Below are positions 19,339 to 30,740 of a stretch of DNA of 64,000 nt, piece by piece; positions within the stretch are counted from its first letter, which is position 1, and each line of letters starts with the position of its first letter. Made by a program: the position numbers and the translations under genes. The DNA comes from Candidatus Aminicenantes bacterium UBA647 (GTDB lineage: Bacteria; Acidobacteriota; Aminicenantia; UBA2199), in the NCBI GenBank assembly GCA_002299555.1, contig DBOL01000029.1, positions 5,387-69,386 of the forward strand, read 5' to 3'. The notes beneath the pieces are model-generated. The model was not told where the DNA came from, did no database searches, and saw only the letters and a list, made by a program, of their open reading frames with translations.

Positions 19339-19370
19339 TTTTCCACAATTGTTAAAAATGATGTGGAAAA
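19339..19370. promoter_or_regulatory. Pair of inverted DnaA-box-like 9-mers (TTTTCCACA 19339-19347; TGTGGAAAA 19362-19370) at the dnaA start
   Basis: Each is an 8/9 match to TTATCCACA. They overlap the dnaA promoter and start codon, an arrangement typical of DnaA autoregulation sites. Confidence 0.5.
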
Positions 19371-20705
19371 ATGACAGATTTCAATGTAATCAAATCTCAC
19401 ATTAAAGATATCCTTGATATTCCCACATTCGAAAAATATATAGTTCCTCTCGAATATATAGGTGAGAACAAAGGAAGTGTTTTTCTTGGTTCGCCAGAGA
19501 AAAACAAGATGATATGGATCAAGAACAATATTCTCACTAAGATCAATTCCAGCCTTAAAGGAACTCTTAAAATTGTAATAAAAATTGTTCCCCTTTTTGA
19601 TGAAACCGAAGAGCTGGTTGAGCAACCGGGATTTCAAGCAAAAAAAGCATTTCATTCCAATCTGCATAAAAAATTTACGTTTGACACTTTTACTCAAACA
19701 AATTCTAACCGTATGGCCCACTCTTTTGCATATAACGTATCCGAGTTTCCCGGGAAATCCTATAACCCTTTATACATATATAGCGATGTTGGCCTTGGAA
19801 AAACACATTTGATCCAGGCAATAGGAAATCGTTTAAAAAACATTAACAGAAATGCAAGTGTTGTATATACTACATCAAGCGAGTTCATGAATGAGTATGT
19901 TGAGTTTACAAGGCAAAAACAGGGCACACAGATCATAAAAAAGTATACTTCAATTGACGTTCTCCTTATTGATGATATTCAATTTATCACAAAGTGGGGG
20001 GGTACTCGTGAGCAGTTTTACAATATTTTTAACAAGTTGATCCAGATGGAAAAACAGATAGTTATCTGTTCTGACAAACATCCTGACTATATTCCTGACC
20101 TTGAGGATAGAATTAAATCCAGATTTGAGATGGGTGGGATAGTAGATATTCTTCCCTACAGCCTTGAAGACAGGCTTGCAATTCTTAAAAACAAAATAGC
20201 TGAAAAAAAAATCACAAGCGGAACTAATTTTGAAATACCCGAGGATGTTCAATATTATCTTGCTTCTTCAATAAAGGAAAACATAAGAAAACTTGAAGGC
20301 GCGCTGAACAGGCTTATCGGTGTAGCTGACCTTACATTCTCCAACAAAAAAGGTGTAATCTTATCACTTGAATTTGCAAAAGATGCTTTAAAACCATATA
20401 TAACTTCAAGGCAAAAAAAAGTTACAATTAAAAGTATTCAGGAGTTTATATCAAAAAAATATGAAATTAAAATATCTGAAATTATTTCAAAAAATAATTC
20501 AAAAAAAATAGTGCTTCCCCGACAGATCGCAATGTATCTTTCGAAAATAATAACAAATAGTTCTTATGTTGAGATCGGCTCACGGTTTGGTGGTAAGGAT
20601 CACTCGACTGTGATCTATTCGATCAGAAAGGTGAAAAACATGTTAGCAAAAGATCAGGAAATGTTAAAAAAGGTTAATTCTTATATTAAATTTTTTGAAA
20701 ATTAG
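19371..20705 (+). CDS. dnaA: Chromosomal replication initiator protein DnaA
   Basis: 444 aa. AAA+ Walker A (GDVGLGKTHL), a sensor/box VII region, and the C-terminal DNA-binding domain (KDHSTVIYSIRKV). Confidence 0.95.
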   Translation: MTDFNVIKSHIKDILDIPTFEKYIVPLEYIGENKGSVFLGSPEKNKMIWIKNNILTKINSSLKGTLKIVIKIVPLFDETEELVEQPGFQAKKAFHSNLHKKFTFDTFTQTNSNRMAHSFAYNVSEFPGKSYNPLYIYSDVGLGKTHLIQAIGNRLKNINRNASVVYTTSSEFMNEYVEFTRQKQGTQIIKKYTSIDVLLIDDIQFITKWGGTREQFYNIFNKLIQMEKQIVICSDKHPDYIPDLEDRIKSRFEMGGIVDILPYSLEDRLAILKNKIAEKKITSGTNFEIPEDVQYYLASSIKENIRKLEGALNRLIGVADLTFSNKKGVILSLEFAKDALKPYITSRQKKVTIKSIQEFISKKYEIKISEIISKNNSKKIVLPRQIAMYLSKIITNSSYVEIGSRFGGKDHSTVIYSIRKVKNMLAKDQEMLKKVNSYIKFFEN

Positions 20706-20885
20706 AATTATTCACAAACTATAATTTTTTTCTACATTATTTTGAACATCAGTTTTCTTTACTATTATTATTGTTTTTAGGTTTTTTAACTTTTCAACAT
20801 GCATATTTATCTTTATAATCTCATTATGTTATTATATATATAAATATAAAGAGGCAGGTAAAAATGAGAATTTTTGTGGAAAAAA
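20706..20885. promoter_or_regulatory. dnaA-dnaN intergenic AT-rich region with DnaA-box-like motifs (TTATTCACA 20708-20716; TGTGGAAAA 20875-20883); candidate oriC/DUE
   Basis: About 160 bp that is very AT-rich (tatatatataaatataaa). The same TTTTCCACA variant that flanks the dnaA start recurs at the dnaN start. Confidence 0.45.
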
Positions 20886-21970
20886 ATTTTTTTTCTAATG
20901 AACTAAAATTATTTCAGGGAGTATTTGAAAAAAAAACTCTTATCGATATACTCCAGAACATAAAGATAACAGCATATGAGAACGGAGATCTAGAACTTGT
21001 AGCAACAGATCTTGAGATCGGATTATCTTCAAAGATCCAGGTAAAAGTTGAGGAGCCCGGGACATTTACGGTCAACGGCAGGGATTTCTATGATCTTATT
21101 TCTAAAATGCCCGAAGGTAATATTGAAATATCAGAAAATAACGATCTGAACATAAGTATTTCAAACGAGAAAAAAACAAGTAAATATAAGCTTATGGGAC
21201 TTCAATCCGCAGATTACCCAAAATTACCGGAAGCCGATTTTTCTGATCCGATAAGCCTTGATATAAAACAATTGGGATTCCTGATAAACAAAAGTTATTT
21301 CATAATTTCACCTGAGATGAAATTTAATCTGGGAGGCGCACTTCTCACGATTTCAGATGACATGATAGAAATGGCTTCAACTGACGGACACAGACTTTCC
21401 TACTCATACTATGATTACAAAGATGAAAAGGGTGATAGTGTCAATTTTATAATTTCAAGGAAATCTCTTCTTGAGCTGTTGAAGATAGGAGACAATGGAG
21501 ATTTAGATTTTTCATACGATAAGAACAATTTGTTTTTCAGATATCAAAACAGGATCCTTTCTTCACGTATCATTGATCAGAAATTCCCGAATTACAAAAC
21601 TGTAATTCCCGAGAGCACAAAAAACAAAGCTGTTATTGAAAGCAATGAACTTAACACCACATTGAAAAGGATCTTAATATTTAAAAGTAGAAACAATGGA
21701 GTTGTTTTTAAGTTTGAGAAAGGAAAACTTATATTGGAGCGGACAACACCTGAAAAAGGTGAAGCATATGATGAGATAGATATTGATTATGACGGAGAGC
21801 CGATTAGTGTTGCTTTTAACGGCAGTTTTATTATTGATTTTTTAGCACATGTGAACACGGAAAAGATTACAATAAAAATGAATGACACAGAGAGTTCTTT
21901 TGTATTTGAACCTTCCATACCTTCAAAGGAAGGAAAATTTATTTATGTAGTAATGCCTCTCAACATTTAG
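20864..21970 (+). CDS. dnaN: DNA polymerase III beta sliding clamp
   Basis: 368 aa, three-domain clamp length, canonical position after dnaA. Confidence 0.85.
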   Translation: MRIFVEKNFFSNELKLFQGVFEKKTLIDILQNIKITAYENGDLELVATDLEIGLSSKIQVKVEEPGTFTVNGRDFYDLISKMPEGNIEISENNDLNISISNEKKTSKYKLMGLQSADYPKLPEADFSDPISLDIKQLGFLINKSYFIISPEMKFNLGGALLTISDDMIEMASTDGHRLSYSYYDYKDEKGDSVNFIISRKSLLELLKIGDNGDLDFSYDKNNLFFRYQNRILSSRIIDQKFPNYKTVIPESTKNKAVIESNELNTTLKRILIFKSRNNGVVFKFEKGKLILERTTPEKGEAYDEIDIDYDGEPISVAFNGSFIIDFLAHVNTEKITIKMNDTESSFVFEPSIPSKEGKFIYVVMPLNI

Positions 21971-21972
21971 AT

Positions 21973-23007
21973 TTGTTTATTGAAAATATTGAGATATCCG
22001 GTTTTCGGAATCTTTATAAAAAAAAAGTTTTCACTTTTACAAATAGCAAAAACATAATTTATGGACCTAACGGTTCAGGAAAAACCACTGTTCTTGAAGC
22101 GATCTACCTTCTGGGTTTCGGACGTTCTTTTTTAAATGTAAAGAAAGAGGAGCTTCTTAATAATAGTTCAGATGAATTTTTTATTAACTCATCTATAATC
22201 AGATCTGAATTAGAATTTAATATCAGCGCCGCTTTGACTAAAAATTTCTCGCTATTTCTTGATGGAGAAAAAACAGGAATCTCCGGGATTGGAAGAAATT
22301 TTTTTCCACTTTTTTTTTCGTCCAGCGATTATGTATCGCTCATATCAAGCAGGTCAAGCCTTAGAAAATTATTTGATAAGTTCATATTTGGAATAGAAAA
22401 TATCTACTCTGGCGAATTGATTGAATATAAAAAAGTGATCCGTAACAAAACATATCTTTTAAAGCACAATCCTGATCGAGTTCAATTGGAAGGATGGAAC
22501 AAACTGCTTGCAGATTATGTTTTAAAAATTACAAGAATGAGATTTGATTTTATTAGAAAAATAAATAACTACATTCAGAACAAATATTGTAGTGGGATAG
22601 AGATAAAATATACACCTTCCTCATCCGGTTTTTACGATAGTGAAGAATTTAAACTTGAGAAGGTTTTGTCTGTTCTGGCCGGAATTCTTGAAAAAGAGAT
22701 TTTGTATAAGAATTTAGCCATAGGGGTTCATCTTGATAAATATGAGATATTTCTTGATAAACGGCCTTTGAGGTTATATTCGTCCGGAGAGAAAAAACTA
22801 AATCTTCTTTATATTTATCTCGCATATATTGATATGTTCCTGTCAAAAAGGGAAGAGTACCCCGTCTTCCTTATAGATGATTATGATATAGCTATGGATA
22901 AGGCGAATACAGAAATTTTGATGTCAAAATATCCGGCAATGCAGATTATTGCAACTTCAGTGAGAAACAACAAAAATTTTGATTCGATTATAAAATTAAT
23001 ATCTTAA
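21973..23007 (+). CDS. recF: DNA replication and repair protein RecF
   Basis: 344 aa. Walker A GPNGSGKTTVLEAIYLL, a signature-like SSGEKK and Walker B VFLIDDYD. The sequence is divergent, but the dnaA-dnaN-recF-gyrB context supports the call. Confidence 0.75.
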   Translation: MFIENIEISGFRNLYKKKVFTFTNSKNIIYGPNGSGKTTVLEAIYLLGFGRSFLNVKKEELLNNSSDEFFINSSIIRSELEFNISAALTKNFSLFLDGEKTGISGIGRNFFPLFFSSSDYVSLISSRSSLRKLFDKFIFGIENIYSGELIEYKKVIRNKTYLLKHNPDRVQLEGWNKLLADYVLKITRMRFDFIRKINNYIQNKYCSGIEIKYTPSSSGFYDSEEFKLEKVLSVLAGILEKEILYKNLAIGVHLDKYEIFLDKRPLRLYSSGEKKLNLLYIYLAYIDMFLSKREEYPVFLIDDYDIAMDKANTEILMSKYPAMQIIATSVRNNKNFDSIIKLIS

Positions 23008-23148
23008 CAAAATATGGTTGTCCGGGCACATTCATATAGGCTCCTCTACCTTTACAGATATAAGTATTTGAGTTATAATTACTTTAATTGAAAGTATATC
23101 GGATTTACCATATTTATACAGAGTTGAAACCTTTTACAGGAGAGTAAA

Positions 23149-25563
23149 TTGACAGTCGGATCATCAAAGGAAAACGGAAATAATTATACCGCTGATAATA
23201 TAAAAATTCTGGAAGGGCTCGAAGCAGTCAGATTGCGTCCTGCAATGTATATAGGGAGTACCGGATCATCCGGGCTTCACCACCTGGTATATGAGGTTGT
23301 TGATAATTCCGTTGATGAAGCGATGGTGGGATTTTGTGATTCCATAGAAGTTGTTATTCATTTTGATAACTCAATTTCAGTTGTCGATAATGGCAGAGGA
23401 ATTCCGGTCGATATTCACAAAGAAGAAAATAAATCTGCCGCTGAAATAGTTATGACCATTCTTCATGCCGGAGGAAAATTTGATAATGATACATACAAAG
23501 TGTCAGGAGGGCTTCACGGAGTCGGGGTTTCAGTTGTAAATGCTTTATCCTCAAAACTTGAATTAGAAGTCAAAAGAGATGGTCATATTTATTTTCAGAA
23601 ATATCAGGCCGGACATCCGGAGACGGAGTTTAAAAAACTTGGGAAAACAGAAAAAAGGGGAACCAAAATAACTTTCTGGCCCGATGAAGATATTTTTGAA
23701 ACTTTGGAATATGATTATACAATTTTGTCAAAAAGGCTTAAGGAACTGGCTTTCCTTAACAAAGGATTATCGATCAGTCTGAATGATGAAAGAACTGATA
23801 AAAGTGAAACTTTTTATTATGAGGGTGGAATTGTTGAATATGTTGAGTATTTAACGCAATCTAAAAAAAGAGTTCATGAAAATCCGATATTTCTATCATC
23901 GGAAAATGACGATATGACAGTGGAGATCGCGTTTCAGTATGTGAATTCTTATTCAGAAATATTACTTTCATTTGTCAACAATATAAATACGATCGAAGGG
24001 GGCACCCATCTAACCGGATTCAAGGGGGCGCTTACCAGAACGATAAACAATTATGCGCAATCAAATAATTTAAAAAGGGATTTTAAAGAAAGTTTTTCCG
24101 GTGAAGATGTAAGAGAGGGTATCGTTGGCGTTATCTCAATAAGAATTAAAGACCCCCAGTTTGAAGGACAGACAAAAGCAAAACTTGGAAACTCGGAAGT
24201 AAAGGGAATTCTGGAATCTTTTGTTAATCAAAAACTTGGAGAATTTCTTGAAGAGAATATATCAATATCTAAAGAAATAATCGCAAAGGTTTCTCTTGCT
24301 GCCCAAGCGAGAGAGGCTTCAAGAAAGGCTAAGGATCTTATAAGGAAGACAAGCCTTCTTGAAAGCACTTCTCTTCCCGGTAAACTTGCAGATTGTCAAT
24401 CAAAAGATCCGGAAGAGAGTGAAATTTATATTGTTGAGGGTGATTCGGCTGGAGGATCTGCAAAGCAGGGGCGAGACAGAAAATTCCAGGCAATACTTCC
24501 ATTGAAGGGAAAAATTCTCAATGTTGAAAAATCAACAACTGCAAAGATGCTTGAGAACGAAGAGATAAAAACTATCATTGCTGCTCTGGGTGTCGGGATC
24601 GGTGTTGAAAATTTTGATATAGAAAAAATCAGATACAAAAAAATAATTATAATGACTGATGCAGATGTTGATGGTTCTCATATCCGTACTTTATTGATGA
24701 CATTCTTTTTCAGGCACATGAAACCTCTCATAGAGAGGGGATATCTTTATCTTGCACAGCCTCCGCTATTTCTTTTCAGAATAGGGAAAAAAGGGGTTTA
24801 TCTTAAAAAAGAGAAAGACCTTGATAATTATCTTCTGAAAAAAATCGGAAAAGATGTGAAGTTATCATTAAACGGGAGTGAAAATTCATATCTCGAAGGT
24901 GATGCACTGATTAGTTTTATAAAACTTTTATCAAAGAAGAATACACTTCTTGATAAAATAGAGCAAAGAGGAATGCCGAAGGTGTTGACGAAAAAACTTA
25001 TCGAAATTATCAAGAATGAAGAATCGTTTAAAGATGAGAAGAAGACCCTTGAAGTAGCCGATGTTATAAAGAAAATTGATTGCTGCAAGTCTGCTTCCGT
25101 AAATTATGATTCCGAATACTCAACGTATACAATAGATCTGAAATATGAGCTGAGTGGTGTCTCCATGTCAAAAATAATCAATTGGGAATATTTGACAGGA
25201 CCTCTCTTTGCGCGGGTAAATGAAGCTTATGAAAAACTCAAAGATTTTCCAGGATCACCTTATAAGTTTAATATTGGAGAGGATAAATTTGTTATTGAAG
25301 ATGAAAGGGATGTTGTTTTAACCCTTTACGAAAAAGTAAAGAAGGGTGTCTACATCCAAAGATATAAAGGCCTCGGGGAAATGAATCCAGATCAGTTATG
25401 GGAGACAACAATGAATCCCGAGAACCGGACTCTGCTTAAAGTAGAGATTAACGACTTTTTTGAGAGTGAGATTATTTTTGATACTCTCATGGGAAGTGAT
25501 TCAATGAAGAGACGTATTTTTATTGAGGAAAATGCCCTCAACGTAAAAAATCTGGATATATAA
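23149..25563 (+). CDS. gyrB: DNA gyrase subunit B (TTG start)
   Basis: 804 aa with GHKL ATPase, Toprim and tail domains (LRPAMYIGST, EGDSAGGSAKQGRDR, IMTDADVDGSHIRTLL). Only a TTG start is available, preceded by an AGGAG RBS at 23139-23143. Confidence 0.95.
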   Translation: MTVGSSKENGNNYTADNIKILEGLEAVRLRPAMYIGSTGSSGLHHLVYEVVDNSVDEAMVGFCDSIEVVIHFDNSISVVDNGRGIPVDIHKEENKSAAEIVMTILHAGGKFDNDTYKVSGGLHGVGVSVVNALSSKLELEVKRDGHIYFQKYQAGHPETEFKKLGKTEKRGTKITFWPDEDIFETLEYDYTILSKRLKELAFLNKGLSISLNDERTDKSETFYYEGGIVEYVEYLTQSKKRVHENPIFLSSENDDMTVEIAFQYVNSYSEILLSFVNNINTIEGGTHLTGFKGALTRTINNYAQSNNLKRDFKESFSGEDVREGIVGVISIRIKDPQFEGQTKAKLGNSEVKGILESFVNQKLGEFLEENISISKEIIAKVSLAAQAREASRKAKDLIRKTSLLESTSLPGKLADCQSKDPEESEIYIVEGDSAGGSAKQGRDRKFQAILPLKGKILNVEKSTTAKMLENEEIKTIIAALGVGIGVENFDIEKIRYKKIIIMTDADVDGSHIRTLLMTFFFRHMKPLIERGYLYLAQPPLFLFRIGKKGVYLKKEKDLDNYLLKKIGKDVKLSLNGSENSYLEGDALISFIKLLSKKNTLLDKIEQRGMPKVLTKKLIEIIKNEESFKDEKKTLEVADVIKKIDCCKSASVNYDSEYSTYTIDLKYELSGVSMSKIINWEYLTGPLFARVNEAYEKLKDFPGSPYKFNIGEDKFVIEDERDVVLTLYEKVKKGVYIQRYKGLGEMNPDQLWETTMNPENRTLLKVEINDFFESEIIFDTLMGSDSMKRRIFIEENALNVKNLDI

Positions 25564-25572
25564 GGAATTACT

Positions 25573-28050
25573 ATGGCAGATGAAAAGAAAAATCTGACAA
25601 ATATAGAAGAAGTCACAATAGAGAATGAGATGAAGACATCTTATCTCGATTACTCAATGAGTGTAATTATCGGGAGAGCTATTCCTGATATAAGAGATGG
25701 ACTGAAGCCCGTTCATAGACGAACGTTATTTTCACTTTCTCAAACGGGAACATTCCATAACAAACCTTATAAAAAATCTGCAAGGATAGTCGGTGATGTT
25801 ATCGGTAAATATCATCCTCATGGGGACCAGGCCGTTTATGATACTCTCGTAAGAATGGCACAGGATTTTTCTCTCAGATATCCACTGGTTGATGGTCAGG
25901 GAAATTTCGGTTCTATAGATGGTGATCCACCTGCTGCGCAGAGGTATACCGAGGTAAGGCTTCAAAGTATTACGAATGAACTTTTAAGGGATCTTGAAAA
26001 AAATACCGTCGATTATATTCCAAACTATGATGGGTCTTTAAACGAACCGGATGTTTTTCCCTCACAGCTTCCGAATTTATTGCTTAACGGGAGCTCCGGG
26101 ATCGCAGTTGGAATGGCAACATCAATTCCTCCGCACAACATAAAAGAGATTATTGACGCATTTGTAGAATATATGGAAAATCCTGCCATCTCTATCGAAG
26201 AGATAATGGAGATAGTTAAAGGACCGGATTTTCCAACAGGCGGGACGATCTATGGAAAAAGATCAATTCTTGAAGCATATACTACCGGAAAGGGGTCTGT
26301 AATAGTCAGGGGAAAAGCCGGATTTGAGGAGGATGATAAGGGAAAGCAAAAAATAATAATTTCTGAGATCCCTTTTCAGACAAACAAATCAAGATTGCTT
26401 GAGAATATTGCTAGATTAGTAAACACAAAAAAGATCGGTGGAATTTCTGATCTGAGAGATGAATCAGACAGGGACGGAATGAGAATAGTTATTGAGATCA
26501 AGAGGGATGAGATTCCTGAAGTAGTTTTAAACAATCTTTTTAAATATACTCAACTTCAAACTACGTTTTCTCTAAATCTTCTTGCTATTGTCAACAAACA
26601 GCCTAAACAATTCAATATAAAAAATTATTTCAAATATTTTCTCGGACACAGAAAAGAGATAATCCGAAGAAGAACTCAGTTTGAACTTGAAAAAGCCGAA
26701 AAACGGATTCATATTATCGAAGGACTCAAGATCGCTCTTGAAAACCTTGATGAGATTGTAAAAATAATAAAAGGTTCAAAAAACAGGGACGAGGCCAGAA
26801 AATTTTTAAGATCAAAATATAAACTCTCTGAGATACAGGCAAATGCAATTCTTGAAATGCAACTCTATAAACTTACAGGTCTTGAAGTTGAAAAACTTGA
26901 AAATGAATACAATGAACTTCTAAAACTTATAAAATATCTAAAAGAAATTCTCTCGAATGATGACAAGCTTCTTGAATTGATCAAAACAGAACTTCTTGAA
27001 TCTGCTTTAAAATTTGAGGATAAAAGAAGGACTGTAATAGTTGAAACAGAGCTTACCGAAATAAACATGGAAGATATCATCAAGGATGAGGACTACATAA
27101 TCATCTTTACAAAAGAAGGGTATATAAAGAGGACCCTTCTTGATTCTTACAAAATTCAAAACCGTGGAACGATGGGAAAGAGAGGTTTCGGATTAAAAGA
27201 TACCGATATGGTCAGGAGGGTTTTTGTTGCTTCTGCACATGAGTATATCCTTGTGTTTACTGAAAAAGGGAGAATGTTCTGGAAAAAAGTGTATGATCTT
27301 CCAGAGGGCGATACGACAGGGAGAGGGAAACCTATCAATCGAATCATCGGCATTAGCGATAAAGAAAAAGTATGTTCAGTTATAAATGTTAAGGAATTTT
27401 CAGAAGATAAATATGTGATGCTCTTTTCGAGGAAGGGTTATGTTAAGAAAACCAATCTCTCAAAGTTTTCACGTCCCAGAGTGTCCGGAATCATTGCCGC
27501 AGATGTAGGAGATGATGATCTTATTTTTGAAGCTCATATCACAGATGGTAACAATGATATTATCCTGGGATCAACTCTTGGGAAATCTATCCGTTTCAAT
27601 GAAAAGCAGATAAGGGAAATGGGCAGAGGGGCAAGAGGTGTTATTGGAATAAGGCTTGAAAATAATGATTTTCTCGTAGGTGCCGGAGTTATCGGGGATG
27701 ATGATAAATATATTCTTACAATAACCGAATCAGGGATCGGGAAAAAATCATCTCTTGATCTGTACAGGTGCCAATCACGTGGCGGAAAAGGGCTTCTCAA
27801 TATAAGGATCAATGATAAACTGGGAAAAGTAATTGGATTGATAATTTTGAATGATTCTGATGAGATGATCCTCTCTTCTGAAAAGGGAGTTGTGAACAAG
27901 CAGGGTACATCGCAGATACGTTCACAGGGAAGAGCTACACAGGGTTTGAAAATTATTAATCTGAAAAAGGGAGACAAGCTTGTGTCTCTTGAGAAAGTAA
28001 GGGTTGAAAATAATTTTCCTGAGGAACAACAAGATGAGCGACCAGAATAA
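25573..28050 (+). CDS. gyrA: DNA gyrase subunit A
   Basis: 825 aa. An active-site Tyr region, the GyrA box (QRRGGKG-like QSRGGKG) and a beta-pinwheel C-terminal domain. Confidence 0.95.
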   Translation: MADEKKNLTNIEEVTIENEMKTSYLDYSMSVIIGRAIPDIRDGLKPVHRRTLFSLSQTGTFHNKPYKKSARIVGDVIGKYHPHGDQAVYDTLVRMAQDFSLRYPLVDGQGNFGSIDGDPPAAQRYTEVRLQSITNELLRDLEKNTVDYIPNYDGSLNEPDVFPSQLPNLLLNGSSGIAVGMATSIPPHNIKEIIDAFVEYMENPAISIEEIMEIVKGPDFPTGGTIYGKRSILEAYTTGKGSVIVRGKAGFEEDDKGKQKIIISEIPFQTNKSRLLENIARLVNTKKIGGISDLRDESDRDGMRIVIEIKRDEIPEVVLNNLFKYTQLQTTFSLNLLAIVNKQPKQFNIKNYFKYFLGHRKEIIRRRTQFELEKAEKRIHIIEGLKIALENLDEIVKIIKGSKNRDEARKFLRSKYKLSEIQANAILEMQLYKLTGLEVEKLENEYNELLKLIKYLKEILSNDDKLLELIKTELLESALKFEDKRRTVIVETELTEINMEDIIKDEDYIIIFTKEGYIKRTLLDSYKIQNRGTMGKRGFGLKDTDMVRRVFVASAHEYILVFTEKGRMFWKKVYDLPEGDTTGRGKPINRIIGISDKEKVCSVINVKEFSEDKYVMLFSRKGYVKKTNLSKFSRPRVSGIIAADVGDDDLIFEAHITDGNNDIILGSTLGKSIRFNEKQIREMGRGARGVIGIRLENNDFLVGAGVIGDDDKYILTITESGIGKKSSLDLYRCQSRGGKGLLNIRINDKLGKVIGLIILNDSDEMILSSEKGVVNKQGTSQIRSQGRATQGLKIINLKKGDKLVSLEKVRVENNFPEEQQDERPE

Positions 28051-29461
28051 AATCGTAAGATTTGCACCTTCCCCAACCGGACATCTTCATATTGGCGGAT
28101 CCAGAACAGCGCTTTTTAATTATCTTTTTGCAAAAAAAGAAGAGGGAAAATTTGTTCTCAGAATAGAAGATACAGACAAGGAAAGATCAACAGATGAAAT
28201 GACAAAGGAGATCATTGAAGGACTTGATTGGCTTGGTCTGAAATCTGATGATATTCCATGGATGCAGTCGAAGTATATAGATACGCATGTTGAGTTGGCA
28301 AATAAATTGTTGAGTGAAAACAAAGCCTACCGTTGTTTTTGTTCACAGGAAGAGACAGAAGCAAGAAGAGTAAAGGATGGAAAAGTACAATTTTTTATGT
28401 ATGACAGATATTGCCTCAAACTTTCCCCGAAAGAAATAGAGGAGCGGTTGAAAAACAACGATCCTTTTGTGTTGAGATTTAAAATTCCGGAGGGAGAAAC
28501 AAAATTCAAGGACCGTATTCACAAAGAGATAAAATCAAATAATCGTGAGATTGATGATTTTGTTCTGCTTAGATCAGATGGAACACCGACCTATCAACTT
28601 TCTGTTGTATCAGATGATGTTTCAATGAATATAACAGATGTGATCAGGGGGGATGACCATATTTCAAATACCTTTAAGCAAATTCTCCTTTTTCTTGCAC
28701 TTGGGAAAAAACCACCGAGATTTTCCCATCTGCCTCTCATAATGGGGGCGGACAAAAAAAAACTCAGCAAAAGACATGGAGAAACATCGATCCTGGAATT
28801 CAGAAAAAACGGATATCTTCCCGAGGCACTTGTAACATACTTGTCCCATCTCTCCTGGAGTCCGAATGATCACAAAAAGATCTATTCTCTTAAAGAATTG
28901 ATCAATGACTTCAACTTTTCCGCCATTTCGAAGAACAGCCCGATCTTTGATTATGATAAATTGAATTTTTTAAATTCAAAGGCAATTAAAGAGAAAGATC
29001 CTGTAAAGATCATTGAAATACTTTTCAATGATAGTGAATTCAAAGCTAAATATGAAAGTAGAGGATCAGAAAAACTTTTGTCACTTATTGAACTTGTAAA
29101 ACCAAGAATGAAAAAAGTTCATGATTTTATCCATCAATTTGACATCTATCTCTCAGAAGAGCTGATATATGATGATGCAGAATTTAAAAAGCTCAATACC
29201 GAGAGTGGAAACATGATCAATCTGATTGAAGGGTTAAGAGCAGGCTTTGAGACTATCACAGATTTTACCGAAGAAAATTTAGAAAAATTATTACGCGGAT
29301 ATGCAGAAAAAAAAGGAATTAAGGCCGGAGAAATAATTCATCCTCTCAGATTCGCTCTTACGAACACAACAGTGAGTCCTTCGATCTTTGAGATATTAAT
29401 ATTTCTCGGGAAAGAAAAGGTTTTAGCAAGGATCAGTGGATTTGTCGATTTCCTAAAATAA
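28034..29461 (+). CDS. gltX: Glutamyl-tRNA synthetase
   Basis: HIGH motif [11 protein letters not shown] and KMSKS-like KLSKR. The start is taken at ATG 28034 ([22 protein letters not shown]); the ORF-track extension to 28004 lies inside the gyrA 3' end. Confidence 0.9.
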   Translation: MSDQNKIVRFAPSPTGHLHIGGSRTALFNYLFAKKEEGKFVLRIEDTDKERSTDEMTKEIIEGLDWLGLKSDDIPWMQSKYIDTHVELANKLLSENKAYRCFCSQEETEARRVKDGKVQFFMYDRYCLKLSPKEIEERLKNNDPFVLRFKIPEGETKFKDRIHKEIKSNNREIDDFVLLRSDGTPTYQLSVVSDDVSMNITDVIRGDDHISNTFKQILLFLALGKKPPRFSHLPLIMGADKKKLSKRHGETSILEFRKNGYLPEALVTYLSHLSWSPNDHKKIYSLKELINDFNFSAISKNSPIFDYDKLNFLNSKAIKEKDPVKIIEILFNDSEFKAKYESRGSEKLLSLIELVKPRMKKVHDFIHQFDIYLSEELIYDDAEFKKLNTESGNMINLIEGLRAGFETITDFTEENLEKLLRGYAEKKGIKAGEIIHPLRFALTNTTVSPSIFEILIFLGKEKVLARISGFVDFLK

Positions 29462-29462
29462 T

Positions 29463-30200
29463 ATGTTTTTTCCGATCAAGGATTATAACCCTACAAAAAC
29501 GATCCCCTATATAACTATTACACTGATTATTCTCAATATTTTTGTTTTTATGTATCAAAATTATTTAACAGAGCCGGGCCTTTCGCACTATGTAAACCAT
29601 TACTCAATGGTTCCATATGAAATTACACATCTTGAAAATGTGAAAGTACTGGTGGACAGAGATATGTTCGGTCAACCTGTTTTTCAGGAGAGGGCTTTAC
29701 CCCCTTTGTTAAGCATTATTTCATCTATGTTCATGCATGGCTCGATAATGCACCTGCTTGGAAATATGCTGTTTCTTTGGATATTTGGAAATAATATTGA
29801 GGATTATCTGGGAAAAACACTATTTATTCTGTTTTATTTAGTATCCGGGACGGGAGCCGTACTTCTCCATGTACTATTTAACCTGAGTTCTTTGACCCCT
29901 GTGATAGGAGCAAGTGGAGCAGTTTCCGGAGTAATGGGTGCATATTTGATCCTTTATCCTAAAGCGAAAGTAAAAACTTTAGTATTTATTTTTATCATTG
30001 TTACTTTTATTGATATTCCGGCAGGGATCTTTCTTGCTGTTTGGTTTATATTTCAGTTTTTTTATACAAGTAGCGGTGGAATAGCCTGGCTTGCCCATGT
30101 AGGTGGATTTCTTGCGGGAGCATCGCTTATTTATCTTATAAAAAAGAGAAAGCCTATAGTAGAGATAGTGAGAGAAGAAGACTTTTATTTGGAGGAATAA
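29463..30200 (+). CDS. Rhomboid-family intramembrane serine protease
   Basis: 245 aa, 6 TM, the GxSG active-site motif (GASGAVSGVMGAY) and a conserved His in the HVGGFLAG helix. Confidence 0.8.
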   Translation: MFFPIKDYNPTKTIPYITITLIILNIFVFMYQNYLTEPGLSHYVNHYSMVPYEITHLENVKVLVDRDMFGQPVFQERALPPLLSIISSMFMHGSIMHLLGNMLFLWIFGNNIEDYLGKTLFILFYLVSGTGAVLLHVLFNLSSLTPVIGASGAVSGVMGAYLILYPKAKVKTLVFIFIIVTFIDIPAGIFLAVWFIFQFFYTSSGGIAWLAHVGGFLAGASLIYLIKKRKPIVEIVREEDFYLEE

Positions 30201-30580
30201 TGACAAAAAAAATGATCGAAACTAAAAATGCCCCTGCAGCTTTAGGCCCTTATTCACAGGCAATTGAATCAAATGGTTTTATTTTTCTTTCAGGCCAGAT
30301 AGGAATTGATCCATCAAGTGGGAAAATTGTTGAAGGCGGTGTTTCCGAACAGACAAACCGGATATTCAGTAATATTGAAAATGTTCTGGCTGAAGCAGGA
30401 AAAACACTCGACGATATTGTTAAAGTAACAGTTTTCTTGAAAAATATGGATGATTTTTCGATCGTGAATTCAATCTATGCTAAATATTTCACTAAACCAT
30501 TCCCAGCTCGCTCTGCAGTACAAGTAGCAAAATTACCTCTCGATGTTGATATCGAGATCGAAACTATAGCATCTATGTAA
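30200..30580 (+). CDS. ridA: RidA/YjgF-family reactive enamine/imine deaminase
   Basis: 126 aa. APAALGPYSQA...FLSGQ and the C-terminal PARSAVQVAKLP motifs are typical of RidA. Confidence 0.85.
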   Translation: MTKKMIETKNAPAALGPYSQAIESNGFIFLSGQIGIDPSSGKIVEGGVSEQTNRIFSNIENVLAEAGKTLDDIVKVTVFLKNMDDFSIVNSIYAKYFTKPFPARSAVQVAKLPLDVDIEIETIASM

Positions 30581-30740
30581 TTCCACAATTCCGTCAACCT
30601 CTTTTCCCTGTCTACGTAAAAGAGAACCGTCCCCAAATTTCGTTTCAAATATTTGATAAGGGAGAGTTAATAAAAACTTGAATTTATTTCCGGATAATGA
30701 TTAACTTAAGAGTAGGTTTAATCCTTTTGAACCAGTCATT

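Noticed and set aside
28004-28033. N-terminal extension of gltX ([10 protein letters not shown]...) proposed by the ORF track
   Set aside because: It overlaps the last 47 nt of gyrA. The conserved GluRS N-terminus begins at [22 protein letters not shown], so ATG 28034 was taken as the start.
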